DNA of 64,000 nt from Eledone cirrhosa. Lineage: Eukaryota. Below are positions 10,915-23,139 of this stretch, in pieces. Both the position numbers and the translations under genes were made by a program. The notes under the pieces were generated by a model. That model was given only the letters and a program-made list of their open reading frames with translations, ran no database searches and was not told the origin of the DNA. Location of the stretch: the NCBI GenBank assembly GCA_964016885.1, contig OZ024741.1, positions 221,340,001-221,404,000 on the forward strand, written 5' to 3'. The first letter of the stretch is position 1. Each line of letters starts with the position of its first letter.

Positions 10915-13400
10915 TATGGTAGTGGTAGTGGTAGTGCTGCTGGCGGTGGTGGTGGTGGTGGTGGTCGTGGTAGTGGTGGTGGTGATGGTAGTGGTGGTGG
11001 TGGTGGTGGTTGTGGTGGTCGTGGTAGTGGTGGTGGTGATGGTAGTGGTGGTGGCGGTGGTGGTGGTGGTAGTGGTGGTGGTGGTTGGTGGTGGTGGCGG
11101 TGGTGGTGGTTGTGGTGGTAGTGGTGGTAGTGGTGGTGGTGGTGGTGATAGTGGTGGTAGTGGTTGTGGTAGTGGTGGTTGTGGTGGTAGTGGTGGTTGT
11201 GGTGGTGGTGGTGATGGTAGTGGTGGTGGTGGTTGTGGTTGTGGTTGTAGTGGTGGTAGTGGTGGTGGTAGAAGTGGTGGTTGTGGTGGTAGTGGTGGTA
11301 GTGGTGGTGGTGGTGGTAGTGGTGGTGGTGGTGGTTGTGGTGGTAGTGGTGGTAGGGGTGGTGGTAGTGGAGGTGGTGGTGGTAGTGGTGGTTGTAGTAG
11401 TGATGTTGGTGGTAGTAGCTGTAGTTGTAGTAGTAGTAGTAGTAGTAGGAGTAGTAGTAGAAGTGGTTGTTGTAGTGTTGCCTGTGTGGTTACGGTGGTA
11501 GTAGTACTGTTGGTGGTTTTCCTGGTTGGGGGGGGTTGTGGCAGGGGTAGTGGTGGTGGTAGTGTTGTGATGGTGTATTGGTGGTGGTAGCTGTGGCAGT
11601 GGTCGTGGTAGTAGTAGTGGTGGTGGTGGTGGTAGTGTTGTGATGGTGTATTGGTGGTGGTAGCTGTGGCAGTGGCCGTGGTAGTAGTAGTGGTGGTGGT
11701 GGTGGTAGTGGTGTGATGGTGTATTGGTGGTGGTAGCTGTGGCAGTGGCCGTGGTAGTAGTAGTGGTGGTGGTGGTGGTAGTGTTGTGATGGTGTATTGG
11801 TGGTGGTAGCTGTGGCAGTGGTCGTGGTAGTAGTAGTGGTGGTGGTGGTGGTAGTGTTGTGATGGTGTATTGGTGGTGGTAGCTGTGGCAGTGGCCGTGG
11901 TAGTAGTAGTGGTGGTGGTGGTGGTAGTGGTGTGATGGTGTATTGGTGGTGGTAGCTGTGGCAGTGGCCGTGGTAGTAGTAGTGGTGGTGGTGGTGGTAG
12001 TGGTGTGATGGTGTATTGGTGGTGGTAGCTGTGGCAGTGGCCATGGTAGTAGTAGTGGTGGTGGTAGTGGTAATAGTAGTGGTAGTAGTAGTGGTGGTGG
12101 TGGTGGTAGCTGTGGCAGTAGTAGTGGTAGTGGTAGTAGTAGTGTTAGTGGTAGTAGTAGTGTTGGTAGTAGTAGTGGTGGTGGTAGTGGTAGTAGTAAT
12201 GTTAGTGGTAGTAGTGGTAGTAGTAGTAGTGGTGGTAGTAGTAGTGGTGGTAGTAGCTGTGGCAGTAGTGGTAGTAGTAGTAGTAGTAGTGGTGATAGTA
12301 GTAGTGGTGGTGGTAGTAGTAGTGTTAGTGGTAGTAGTGGTAGTAGTAGTAGTAGTGGTAGTAGTGGTGGTAGTGGTAGTAGTAGTGGTGGTGGAAGTAG
12401 TAGTCGTGGTGGTAGTAGTGGTGGTGGTAGTAGTAGTGGTGGTGGTAGTAGTGGTGGTGGTGGTACTAGTAGTGGTGGTGGAAGTAGTAGTTGTGGTGGA
12501 AATAGTAGTGGTCGTGGTAGTAGTAGTGGTGGTGGTAGCTGTGGCAGTAGTGGTGGTGGAAGTAGTAGTGGTGGTGGTAGTAGTAGTGGTGGTAGTAGTA
12601 GTGGTAGTGGTAGTAGTGGTAGTAGTAGTAGTGGTGGTAGTAGTAGTGGTAGTGGTAGTAGTGGTAATAGTAGTAGTAGTGGTGGTAGTAATAGTGCTGG
12701 TAGTAGTAGTGGTGGTGCCATGGACTGATGCGAAATGCTGCGTTGTATGGATATGAATGAGTCACCAACTGATGCAGTTACCATGACGAGCTGAGAGCTA
12801 AGAGCTATGTGTAACGAGAGGAAGAAGGATTGTGGGATGTTGTGGTGGTGGTGGTAGTAGTGGTGGTGGTAGTCGTAGCATGATGGTGGTAGTAGTGGTG
12901 GTGGTAGCGTGGTGGTAGTGGTGGTGTTAATTGTTGTCATGGTGGTAGTAATGGTGGTGGTAGCGTGAGCATGATGGTGGTAGTAGTGGTGGTGGTAGTG
13001 GTGGTGGTAGTGGTGGTGGTAGTGGTGACGTTAATTGTTGTCGTGGTGGTAGTAGTGGTCGTGTTGTTGGTGGTAGTGTGGTGGTGGTGGTGGTGGTGGT
13101 GGTGGTAGTAGTGGTGTTAATTGTTGTAGTGGTGGTAGTAGTGTTGGTGGTAGTGTGGTGGTGTTATGGCATGATGTTGTGGTGGTGGTGGTGGCGGAGG
13201 CATGTGTGTGGGGGGTATGGTACATTTTTATGGTGGTTGTGCTTTGAATGTTTCCTCAGGTGGTAGATTTGTGATGCGGATTGTGTTGGCGGTGGTTGTA
13301 GTAGTGGTTGTTGTATTACTGGTGATTGTATTAGTGAGAGTTGTAGTACAGGTTGGTGTGGTGAAGGTTGTGTTGATAGCTGTGGTCATGGTGGTAGTAG
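10915..13400. repeat. (GGT/AGT)n microsatellite field containing a 73-bp minisatellite (11530-12050, ~7 units)
   Basis: Direct inspection; TGGTGTATTG recurs at 11571, 11644, 11717 and onward. Confidence 0.9.
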
Positions 13401-14795
13401 AGGTTGTTGTATTGGAGGTAATACAGGTGGTTATGTCAGAGGTAGTACAGGTGGTTGTGTTGGAGGTAGTATAGTTGGTTGTATTGGAGGTAGTACAGGT
13501 GGTTGTGTTGGAGGTAGGTCAGGTAGTTGTATTGGAGGTAGTACAGGTAGTTGTATTGGAGGTAGTACAGGTGGTTGTGTTGGAGGTAGTACAGGTGGTT
13601 GTGTTGGAGGTAGGTCAGGTGGTTGTATTGGAGGTAGTACAGGTAGTTGTATTGGAGGTAGTACAGGTGGTTGTGTTGGAGGTAGTACAGGTGGTTGTAT
13701 CGGAGGTAGTACAGGTGGTTATGTCAGAGGTAGTACAGGTAGTTGTATTGGAGGTAGTATAGTTGGTTGTGTTGGAAGTAGTACAGGTGGTTATGTCAGA
13801 GGTAGTACAGGTAGTTGTATTGGAGGTAGTATAGTTGGTTGTGTTGGAAGTAGTACAGGTGGTTGTGTTGGAGGTAGTACAGGTGGTTGTATTGGAGGTA
13901 GTACAGGTGGTTGTATCGGAGGTAGTATAGTTGGTTGTGTTGGAAGTAGTACAGGTGGTTGTGTTGGAGGTAATATAGTTAGTTGTGTTGGAGGTAGTAT
14001 AGGTGGTTGTATCGGAGGTAGTATAGTTGGTTGTGTTGGAGGTAGTATAGGTGGTTGTGTTGGAGGTAGTACAGGTGGTTTTGTTGGAGGTAGTACAGGT
14101 GGTGTGTTGAAGGTAGTACAGGTGGTTGTGTTGGAGGTAGTACAGGTGGTTGTGTCAGAGGTAGTATAGTTGGTTGTGTTGGAGGTAGTATAGTTGGTTG
14201 TGTTGGAAGTAGTACAGGTGGTGTGTTGAAGGTAGTACAGGTGGTTGTGTTGGAGGTAGTACAGGTGATTGTGTCAGAGGTAGTATAGTTGGTTGTGTTG
14301 GAGGTAGTATAGGTGGTTGTGTTGGAGGTAGTACAGGTGGTGTGTTGAAGGTAGTACAGGTGGTTGTGTTGGAGGTAGTACAGGTGGTTGTGTTGGAAGT
14401 AGTACAGGTGGTTGTGTTGGAGGTAGTACAGGTGGTTGTGTTGGAGGTAGTATAGTTGGTTGTGTTGGAAGTAGTACAGGTGGTTGTGTTGGGGGTAGTA
14501 CAGGTGGTTGTGTTGGAGGTAGTATAGTTGGTTGTGTTGGAAGTAGTACAGGTGGTTGTGTTGGAGGTAGTACAGGTGGTTGTGTTGGAGGTAGTACAGG
14601 TGGTTTTGTTGGAGGTAGTACAGGTGGTGTGTTGGAGGTAGTACAGGTGGTTTTGTTGGAAGTAGTACAGGTGGTTGTGGTCATGGTAGTAGTACAGGTG
14701 GTTGTGTTGGAGGTAGTACAGGTGGTTATGTTGGAGGTAGTACAGGTGGTTGTATTGGAGGTAGTACAGGTGGTTGTGTTGGAGGTAGTACAGGG
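13400..14795. repeat. 24-bp minisatellite GTACAGGTGGTTGTGTTGGAGGTA
   Basis: Direct inspection; translates as (LEVVQVVV)n. Confidence 0.92.
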
Positions 14796-14874
14796 GCTTG
14801 TAGTAGTAGTGGTGGTAGTAGTGGTGGTAGTAGTGGTGACTGTTTATAGTTATGGTAGTTGTAGTTAAAGTGGT

Positions 14875-15285
14875 TGATGTTTAACCCTAGGTCAATCCTT
14901 GTATGGACATACCTATCTATATTGAAAGACGTTCCAACGGTGACCATCACGTCATTTATTCAAGAATAGGTTATATATATATCAAGGAGTATATTACTTA
15001 AAGTGTTCAACCTTCTTTGAAACAGTAAGGAAGGATTTAAGAGGGACCTGGCTGCTATTTCTAGTAAGCCGATGACCATGAAGAAGCTCTCTCTTTGGTA
15101 AAAGTAGTAGTAGTTGTTGTTGTTTAGCCCTAGGTTGGCACTGAGCAAATCGACTTATGATCATAGACACTCCAGCCATGACTATCTCGTCTGTATATCA
15201 GGGACTACATTCTACATCTTTTTTAGTTGTAGGTTGTGATTTTCAGGATATGTATCTGCTATTTCTAGCAGGTCAAACAACCTTG
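14875..15285 (-). repeat. Interspersed repeat with GCTAGAAATAGCAG motif and (CAA)n tail (unclassified retroposon)
   Basis: Related copies at 20400-20490, 23830-24040, 35905-36020, 53480-53650 and 58185-58320. Confidence 0.5.
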
Positions 15286-15289
15286 TTGT

Positions 15290-16350
15290 AGTGATGATGG
15301 TGATGGTAGTGGTAGTGGTGGTGGTGCTGGTGATGGTGCTGGTGATGGTAGTGGTGGTGGTGATGGTTGTATTGACAATAGAATATGTGATAGTAATAAT
15401 AATGATGATGGTGTTGGTGGTAATGGTGGTGGTGGTGGTGATGGTAGTGGTGGTGGTGGTAGTGGTGATGGTAGTATTAGCAGTAGTATCAGTGATGGTG
15501 GCGGTGGTAGTGTTAGAGGTGGTGGTGGTGGCGGTGGTGATGGTGTTAGGGGTGGTGGTGGTAGTGGTGTTGGTAGTGTTAGCAGTAGTATCAGTGATGG
15601 TGGTGGTGATGGTGGTAGTGTTAGAGGTGGTGGTGGTGGCGGTGGTGATGGTGTTAGGGGTGGTGGTGGTAGTTGGTAGTGGTGATGGTAGTATTAGCAG
15701 TAGTATCAGTGATGGTGGTGGTGATGGTGGTAGTGTTAGAGGTGGTGGTGGTGGTGGTGATGGTGTTAGGGGTGGTGGTGGTAGTGGTGTTGGTAGTGTT
15801 AGTAGTGGTGATGGTGGTGGTAGTGTTAGTGGTAGTTGTGGTGGTAATGTGTTGATGGTGGTAGTGGTTGTGGTAATGTTAGTGGTGGTGGTGGTGGTGA
15901 TGTTAGTGGTGGTGGTGTTAGTGGTGGTTGTGGTAGTGTTAGTGGTGGTTGTGGTAGTGTTAGTGGTGGTGGTGGTGGTGGTAGTGGTGTTGGTGGTGGT
16001 GTTGGTGTTGTTGGTGATGGTGATGGTGGTAGTGGTGTTGGTGTTGATGGTGATGGTGATGGTGGTAGTGGTGGTGGTGGTGGTGTTGGTGTAGATGGTG
16101 ATGGTGATGGTGGTAGTGGTGGTGGTGTTGGTGTTGATGGTGATGGGGATGGTGGTAGTGGTGTTGGTTGTGTTGGTTGTGTTGGAGTTGATGGTGATGG
16201 TGATGGTGGTAGTGGTGTTGTTGGTGGTGGTGGTGGTGGTGTTGGTGTTGATGGTGGTGGTGTTGGTGTTGATGGTGATGGTGATGGTGATGGTGGTAGT
16301 GGTGTTCAGTTGTGGATAACAATGATGATGATAATAGTGGTAATAGTGAT
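15290..16350. repeat. (GGT/GAT)n low-complexity tract
   Basis: Direct inspection. Confidence 0.9.
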
Positions 16351-16464
16351 GGAAAGACAATGTTATATCTTACGAGGTCGATAAAATAAAGTACCAGTAA
16401 TGCACTGGGATAATTGCTGGCCTTGTGCCAAAAGTAGAACCAGTTATATATATATAATATATAT

Positions 16465-17710
16465 ATATTTATTAAAATAACAGATTAAAGTTTAAGCAAA
16501 GAATCGCTGCTTTCACCCTTAACGGGATCTTCTGAAACTAAAAAAGTCAATCTAAATATTTCAAAAAACGTTGCAACCGAAGGAAGACAGGAAGACGATA
16601 CTTTGGTTCGTGGAGACGTTCCCTGGCAAAGAATGGAAAAAACGAAGATAATACATCATTATGTGAAGCAATGAGAACAATTACACGCAAAGACAAAACC
16701 ACGTAAATGGTATAACTGAAGTCGTAGACTAAAATTCTATTTAGGAAACCGAATGATTCTTGGCTTCAGAGTTAAGAATAAAGTAAATAAAATACAGGGG
16801 TAATTGAAATAAATATATACATACACACATCCATATATGTACGTACACAAGCATACGCGAAAACACTCCCCATGGGTATGCAAATACAAGCACGCACACA
16901 CAAAAAAAAAACACACGCACATACAGAACCCACGCAACGCCTGTACCGCACACATACGAACGTATACACCAAATACACATAAAAATAAATAAATAAAAAC
17001 ATATATATATACATACATGTGTGTGTGTACGTGTATACATAATTAAATAAACGTATATAAAAATACATACATAAATACGTATACAACGCGCGCACACACA
17101 CACCCACATGTAAATACACATATGTTCGCGGACGTACGTCAACCAAACACAAAGTACACATATACACACACCCTACATACGTACGAACCCGCATACTCAC
17201 ACAGACACAAAACTCACGTATACACATAACCAAAAGCATATGTACCAGAATATATAATATATACGCCATAACATATATAATCAAATATACGTACGAGAAG
17301 GTATACGTACCTTCACAAAACATACAGGTAATATATACTTACCTATGCAAATAAGTAATGGTATAAACATAACATATACTTAGCTACCACATCAAGACCT
17401 AAAATATCCGCGTATAGACTGTACTATCCGTTAGGGTATAACGTGGGGCTGTAATACAGGAAAGTTTTGTGCAATTTATGTTTACAAGCCGAAATTGCCT
17501 CAGATTTTTTGTTTAAAATGTGGTCTGTGGCGTAGAGTATTTCCAGGGCTTCAGCGGCGCAGAGGTCACATGGTCTTTTATTTCCATTATACGATCTAGC
17601 CTAAGCTAGGATCTCCCTGTGTAACTTATATTGGGTGTGGTTGTCTTTTAGACTCCAGATATAAGCTGAAAGTGACGTCATATTCCTTCTTAAAGGGTTA
17701 AGAAAAGAAT
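16465..17710 (-). mobile_element. Second Penelope-like (Naiad-type) 3' remnant: GIY-YIG C-terminus, 3' UTR, pLTR with variant hammerhead
   Basis: Manual translation of ~17710 to 17450: SFLNPLRRNMTSLSAYIWSLKDNHTQYKLHREILA*ARSYNGNKRPCDLCAAEALEILYATDHILNKKSEAISACKHK, homologous to the end of the 44190 element. Not in the ORF track. Confidence 0.8.
16489..16539 (-). ncRNA. Hammerhead-like motif with variant core CAGAAGA
   Basis: Minus strand: AGTTT-CAGAAGA-TCCCGTTAAGGGT-GAAAGCA-gcgattctt-TGCTT^-AAACT. Same core at 26315-26365 (-) and 45719-45769 (+). Confidence 0.6.
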
Positions 17711-17735
17711 GGGTATGCATATATATATATATATA

Positions 17736-18062
17736 TCATCATTTTACGTCCGCTTTTTCCTGCTGGCAAGGGTGGGACAGGAACTGATACTGGCTTGATT
17801 TATACAGCTGGATGCGCTTCCTAACACCAACCTCATTTACAGTGAGTGCTGGGTGCTTTTTTGCCGTGGCACCACCACGACCACTCTGCAGTGAAATGAT
17901 ATGGACCCCAGTCCCTATCATCTCATTTCTACAGCTGAGTAAACTGGAGCAATGTGAAATAAAGTCTCTTGCTCAAGGAAACAACACATCACCTGGTCCG
18001 AGAATTGAACTCACAACCTTTCGATTGCAAGGCCAACCACTTTCGATTGCTCTAGCCACTAA
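17736..18062 (-). mobile_element. SINE-A copy
   Basis: Reverse complement of 8129-8470 with a rearranged head. Confidence 0.85.
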
Positions 18063-18074
18063 GCATATATAAAG

Positions 18075-18195
18075 TTTAATACAGACATGGCTTCTACAGG
18101 ACTAGAACTGTTTCATTCAAAGGAAATGATCAGGAAAACCCTGATGATTTCCTTCAAATGAAACAGTTCTAGTAGAAGCCATTTCTATATTAAAT
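18075..18195. mobile_element. Tiny inverted dimer of the 7096 hammerhead family
   Basis: Left arm is the reverse-complement motif with CTGATCA; right arm is CTGATGA..GAAACAGTTCTAGTA with a short stem III deletion. Confidence 0.7.
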
Positions 18196-18534
18196 ATATA
18201 TATATATCATCATCATCATCATCATCATCATCATCGTTTACCGTCCATCTTCCACGCTAGCATGGGCTTGCATATATATATATACCTGTGTATGTATCTG
18301 AATATATGTGTGCTTGTATACTTGTGTGAATACCTCAGTATATATATCAGTGTGTGTATGTGGATATATTTGTGTGTGTATAAGCAAGTGAGTGGATATA
18401 TAATTATCTACATGTATGTATATATGTCATCATATATACCTGTGTATCATATATACCTGTGGATGTGTGTCTGCATGTGTGTCTGTCAGCATATATATAT
18501 CATCACCATCGTTTTTACATCCATTTTTAATATA

Positions 18535-19577
18535 CATCATCATCATCACCATTTAACATCCATTTCTCCACACTAGCATGGGTTAGACAAGTTGTCCTAT
18601 TGTGAGAGATGCCAAGTCTGATGACCATGTCTTGCTCATACAGAACTGATTTTGGCTAGGTTTCTACAGTTGGATGCCCTTCATAACACCAACCACATTT
18701 ACTGTGTGGGCTGGGTGCTTTTTGTTGTGACACCTACATGACCACTTTACAGAGTGGGTTGGGTGCTTTAAATTGTGACACCTAAACTTGACAGTGTGGA
18801 CTGGGTGTTTTTTGTTGTGACACCTACACGACCACTTTACAGTGTGGGCTGGGTGTTTTTTGTTATGACACCTACACGACCACTTTACAGTGTGGGATGG
18901 GTGTTGTTTGTTGTGACACCTAAAAGACCACTTTACAGTGTGAACAGGGTGATTTTTATCATGTCACCTACACGACCACTTTACAGTGTGGGCTGGGTGT
19001 TTTTTGTCATGACACCTACACAACCACTTTACAGTGTGGGATGGGTGTTGTTTGTTGTGACACCTAAATGACCACTTTACAGTGTGAACTGGGTGCTTTT
19101 TATCATGTCACCTACATGACCACTTTACAGTGTGGGCTGGCTGCTTTTTGTCATGACACCTACACGACCACTTTACAGTGTGGGATGGGTGTTGTTTGTT
19201 GTGACACCTAAATGACCACTTTACAGTGTGAACTGGGTGCTTTTTATCATGTCACCTACATGACCACTTTACAGTGTGGGCTGGCTGCTTTTTGTCATGA
19301 CACCTACACGACCACTTTACAGTGTGGGATGGGTGTTGTTTGTTGTGACACCTAAATGACCAATTTACAGTGTGAACTGGGTGCTTTTTATCATGTCAAC
19401 TACATGACCACTTTACAGTGTGAGCTGGCTGCTTTTTGTCATGACATCTACACAACCACATTTAGAGTGTGGACTGGGGCTTTTTTGTTGTGACACCTAC
19501 ATGACCATTTTACAGTGTGGGTTGGGTGCTTTTTGTTGTGACACCTACACAACCACATTTAGAGTGTGGGCTGGGTA
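18535..19577 (-). mobile_element. RTE-dependent non-autonomous element with expanded 48-bp internal minisatellite (~18 units)
   Basis: (CAT)n tail and GGATGCCCTTC motif, then tandem CCACTTTACAGTGTGGGCTGGGTGCTTTTTGTCATGACACCTACATGA. Similar elements at 230-590, 21630-21958, 30445-30990 and 55925-56482. Confidence 0.8.
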
Positions 19578-20002
19578 TATATATAAAATCCATGGGGGCA
19601 TAGATAAACGAACATAAAATCATCGAATATAAAAATGACAATAATGATAATGATGATTATATATGTATATATATATATATTTATCTGTGTATGTATGTAG
19701 ACGTGTGTGTATGTATATGTGTGTGGGTGTTTCTGTGTACACTCGTGTATAAATGTGTTATGTATATGTTTGTATACATGTATATCTATGCCTCTGTGTG
19801 TGTGTGTGTGTGTGTGTGTACATATGAGAGTACATGGATGTATGCATGTATCTGTGTTCATGTGTGAGTGCATGTTCTTGTTATTAAAATAAGGTACCAG
19901 CTACACTTTGTGGTTGATTTAATCAATGTTCCCCATTCCCAAAAATTGTTGGCTTTAAACCTAAATCAAAAACCATTATTAAGCTGGTGTTTGGAATATA
20001 AC

Positions 20003-20238
20003 TTGACCCTTTCATGACCATATTTCTAATGAAATAGACTCTATTTTAATTAATTAATGAAAAATGTTGAGAGATTTACTTAAATTATTAATAGTAACTT
20101 ATGTAGTAACTTAATTTAAGGTTCTTATATAAAATTATGTTGGAAAATTTGTTATTTAAATTGGAAACCTTTAAAATAAGTGGTTCCATTTGATAGAACC
20201 AGAGCCAGGTTTGGCCATGTTGGTAACTAAAGGGTTAA
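20003..20238. mobile_element. Diverged TTAA/CCCTTT-ended MITE of a second family
   Basis: TTGACCCTTTCATGACCA ... TGGTAACTAAAGGGTTAA; related ends at 51823 and 52413. Confidence 0.55.
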
Positions 20239-20580
20239 GAAAAGTTTCTTACATAATATTAGATATAGAAGATTTTTAGATAAATATAAAGGTCTAAAAT
20301 AAATTGTTTTTCATCGTAAAACCATGGACAGTTTCAGATAGTTTTGTATGAAAAGGTTAAAAAATGGAAGGAGTTATTTATTGATGAAGTCTTAGATACA
20401 CTAAGTCTAAAGAAAATCATTGGAATGGTCACAGCTGAGTTGTCTTTGATTGGAATTCAATTTACCATGGTTGACCTGGTGCTAAACTACTAGAAAATCT
20501 GGCCAGCAAGCAATTTTTATAAGCATGAGATTGTACTTTTAATAGAAATTGATTTAAAATATTGATAACATAATGTTTGT

Positions 20581-20842
20581 GAAGACATGTGGCTTTGGGC
20601 CTAGAGAATTGGATTCACAATCGTGAGGTTGTGAGTTTGATTCCTGGAACAGGCAATGCATTATGTCCTTGAGCAAGACACTTTATTTCTCATTACTCTT
20701 TCTGCCAGGAGTTGCAACCAGTAGATAGTAATAGTATCAACAATGGGAAAGACCAATGGTAACCTTGTTTCTTCGGTCAGATTTGTTAGTTTCCACACCA
20801 CTTGGTAAAAGATTGAGGTCTGGGATCTTGTCGATCCATTGA
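20581..20842 (+). mobile_element. CORE-type SINE with a different 3' body
   Basis: tRNA-like head and CCTTGAGCAAGACACTTTATTTC, then GGAGTTGCAACC.. body also seen at 46805-46890. Other heads at 36838-36975 and 37312-37415. Confidence 0.65.
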
Positions 20843-20877
20843 TATATATATATATATATGTGTGTGTATTCATTTTA

Positions 20878-21050
20878 CTGTATTATAGAAATGACTTCTA
20901 TAGGACTAGAACTGATGATTTCTTATGAATGAAACAGTTCTAGTCCTGTAGGAGTCATTTCTATAATAAAATAAATATGCCTATACTCTACTAACGTATT
21001 GAGTACCTTTTTTAATAGTGGTCACCTCCTGCTTTACATCAGTATTCTAC
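20878..21050 (+). mobile_element. 7096-family element with short 5' inversion fused at the CTG of the ribozyme core
   Basis: ttctataggactagaaCTGATGA(20912)..GAAACAGTTCTAGTCCTGTA, then family tail gtattgagtacctt. Confidence 0.7.
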
Positions 21051-21067
21051 ATATATATATCTATACG

Positions 21068-21460
21068 GGCAAAATTAACCTACAGTCAGTAGGCTCCTCC
21101 AAACCAAACACACCCCAACCCACTACCCCATTCCCACCAACACCACCCTTTTCTCTATAAAGTTATGTTGGTACCACAACATCCAGTCCAAACTAATGAG
21201 GTCGTGTAGGTGTCATGACAAATAACACACAGTCCACGCTGTAATGTGGCAGTGTAGGTAACACGGTAAAAAGCTCCCAGTCCGTACTGTAAATGTGGTT
21301 GGTGTTAGGAAAGGCATACAGCCGTAGAAAACCTGCCAAATAGTCCTATACGAGTGAGACACGGTCACCCAACCAATCTTGCCTCAAGTGGGACAACTCC
21401 CGTCTAACCCATGCTTGCTAGTGTGGAAGATAGCCGTTAAACGATGATAATGATGATATA
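21068..21460 (+). mobile_element. Solo 3' UTR of RTE family B
   Basis: Reverse complement of 27076-27460; another piece at 28998-29285. Confidence 0.75.
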
Positions 21461-21556
21461 AGAGAGTGTCGAAGTTTGCTTGAAGCATTGTGGAATATAA
21501 AAAAATGTTGTTACCTGGAGATTTACCCATCTGCATTGTAGAGGCTTCCAAAATGA

Positions 21557-21593
<37 letters not shown>

Positions 21594-22507
21594 GAAAGAG
21601 AGAGAGAGAGACAATATGCCCCCATCCCCTCCCACTGCAAAGTAGTCATGGAGGTGCCACGGCAAAAAAGCACCCAGCCCACACTGTAAAGTGGTCGTGT
21701 AGGCGCCATGGGAAAAAAGCACCCAGCACTCACTGTAAAGTGGTCGTGTAGGCGCCACAGAGAAAAAAAAAGCACCCAGTACTCACTGTAAATGAGGTTG
21801 GTGTTACGAAGGGCATCCAGCTGTAGAAATGAAGCCAGAATCAGTTCCCATGTGAGCAAGACAAGGTCAGCCGACCGGACACTTCCCACAACAGGACAAC
21901 CCGTCTAACCCATGCTAGCGTGGAAGAACGGACGTAAAACGGTGATGATGATGATGATATATATAGTATAGGACAGACTTATAGATGAGAGAGAGAGGGG
22001 CAGGGTCAGATTTCAGATATACTAAGTAAAAAAAGTGAATGAGAAGTGCTGATGCTTGTACCTTGCTTAAAGGTATTGGTAAGATGGCTACAATCCATCT
22101 ATTGGAATTGAATCATTGACCTATGACCCCCCACACACACCCACACACACACCCACACCCATCCCACTACCACCCAGAAGTTTAATTCTTTTATTTGCCA
22201 AAGGAATTTGAAATATTGATTAGTTTTCACTAGGCAGTAGGCCAATTCTGTTACTGGAAGGATATGCTTGATTAAATCAAATCAGTTGTAGGTGTTTTTA
22301 TGTTTTATGCTCTAAGGCAGAAGAGAAGATAATTTTATTGTGAACATCACTTAACATTGCTACCCTGCTGATGTAGGCCCAAGCAGTATAGGGGAGGGCA
22401 CTCTGTTGTGTGTATGGAAGTACAGGTGCAAGCTCTCTCCTGGTCCCAGCTGACAGAATGGAGAAGACATTGCACCAGAGAATATCAATGGAGACATGTT
22501 AGAATAG

Positions 22508-22985
22508 TTATTCCAACAGTTGGGTTCTCTCCTGTAGGTAACCAACTCTGCCCCAGTAGCAGTGAGTAGGGATGTGGTCCAGGGGCCAAGAACACTGGAA
22601 ATCTCCACTGCTATAGGGTTGGCAAGAAGCCATTCCAACACTTGGGTTCTCTCCTGTAGGTAGCCAACTCCGCCCCAGTAACAGTGAGTAGGGATGTGGT
22701 CTAGGGGTCAAGAAGACTGGAAGTCTCCAACACTACAGGGGTGGAATAGCCATTCCAACTACTGGGGCTCACTCCTGTTGGTGGTCAACTCTGTCCCGAT
22801 GTAGGGAGTAGGGATGTTGTCTAGGGCCCAAGAACACTGGAAGTCTCCATTGCTACAGGGTTGGCCAGAAGCCATTCCAACTACTGGGGCTCACTCCTGT
22901 GGGTGGTCAACTCTGTCCCGATGTAGAGAGTAGGGATGTTGTCTAGGGTCCAAGAAAACTGGAAGTCTCCACTACTACAGGTTCG
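22508..22985. repeat. ~121-bp tandem repeat, 4 units
   Basis: TTCCAAC..GGG recurs at 22511, 22633, 22753 and 22875. Confidence 0.88.
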
Positions 22986-23139
22986 ACCACAAGCTTATTG
23001 AAGAGCAACCAACCAACAGTTTGCCCTCTTCAGCCTGACAAGTAATGAGGCCTGGGTTAATCCACATCAAATGATGGAAGATACTCATTTCCAGTGATAT
23101 TACAACTGTAAATAAAACAGAATAATTATAGTATTGTTA

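Noticed and set aside
10820-16360. Long ORFs (706 aa, 382 aa and others) resembling mucin, extensin or His-rich proteins
   Set aside because: They are translations of (GGT/AGT)n and 24/73-bp repeats, open in several frames on both strands, with no splice context or domain.
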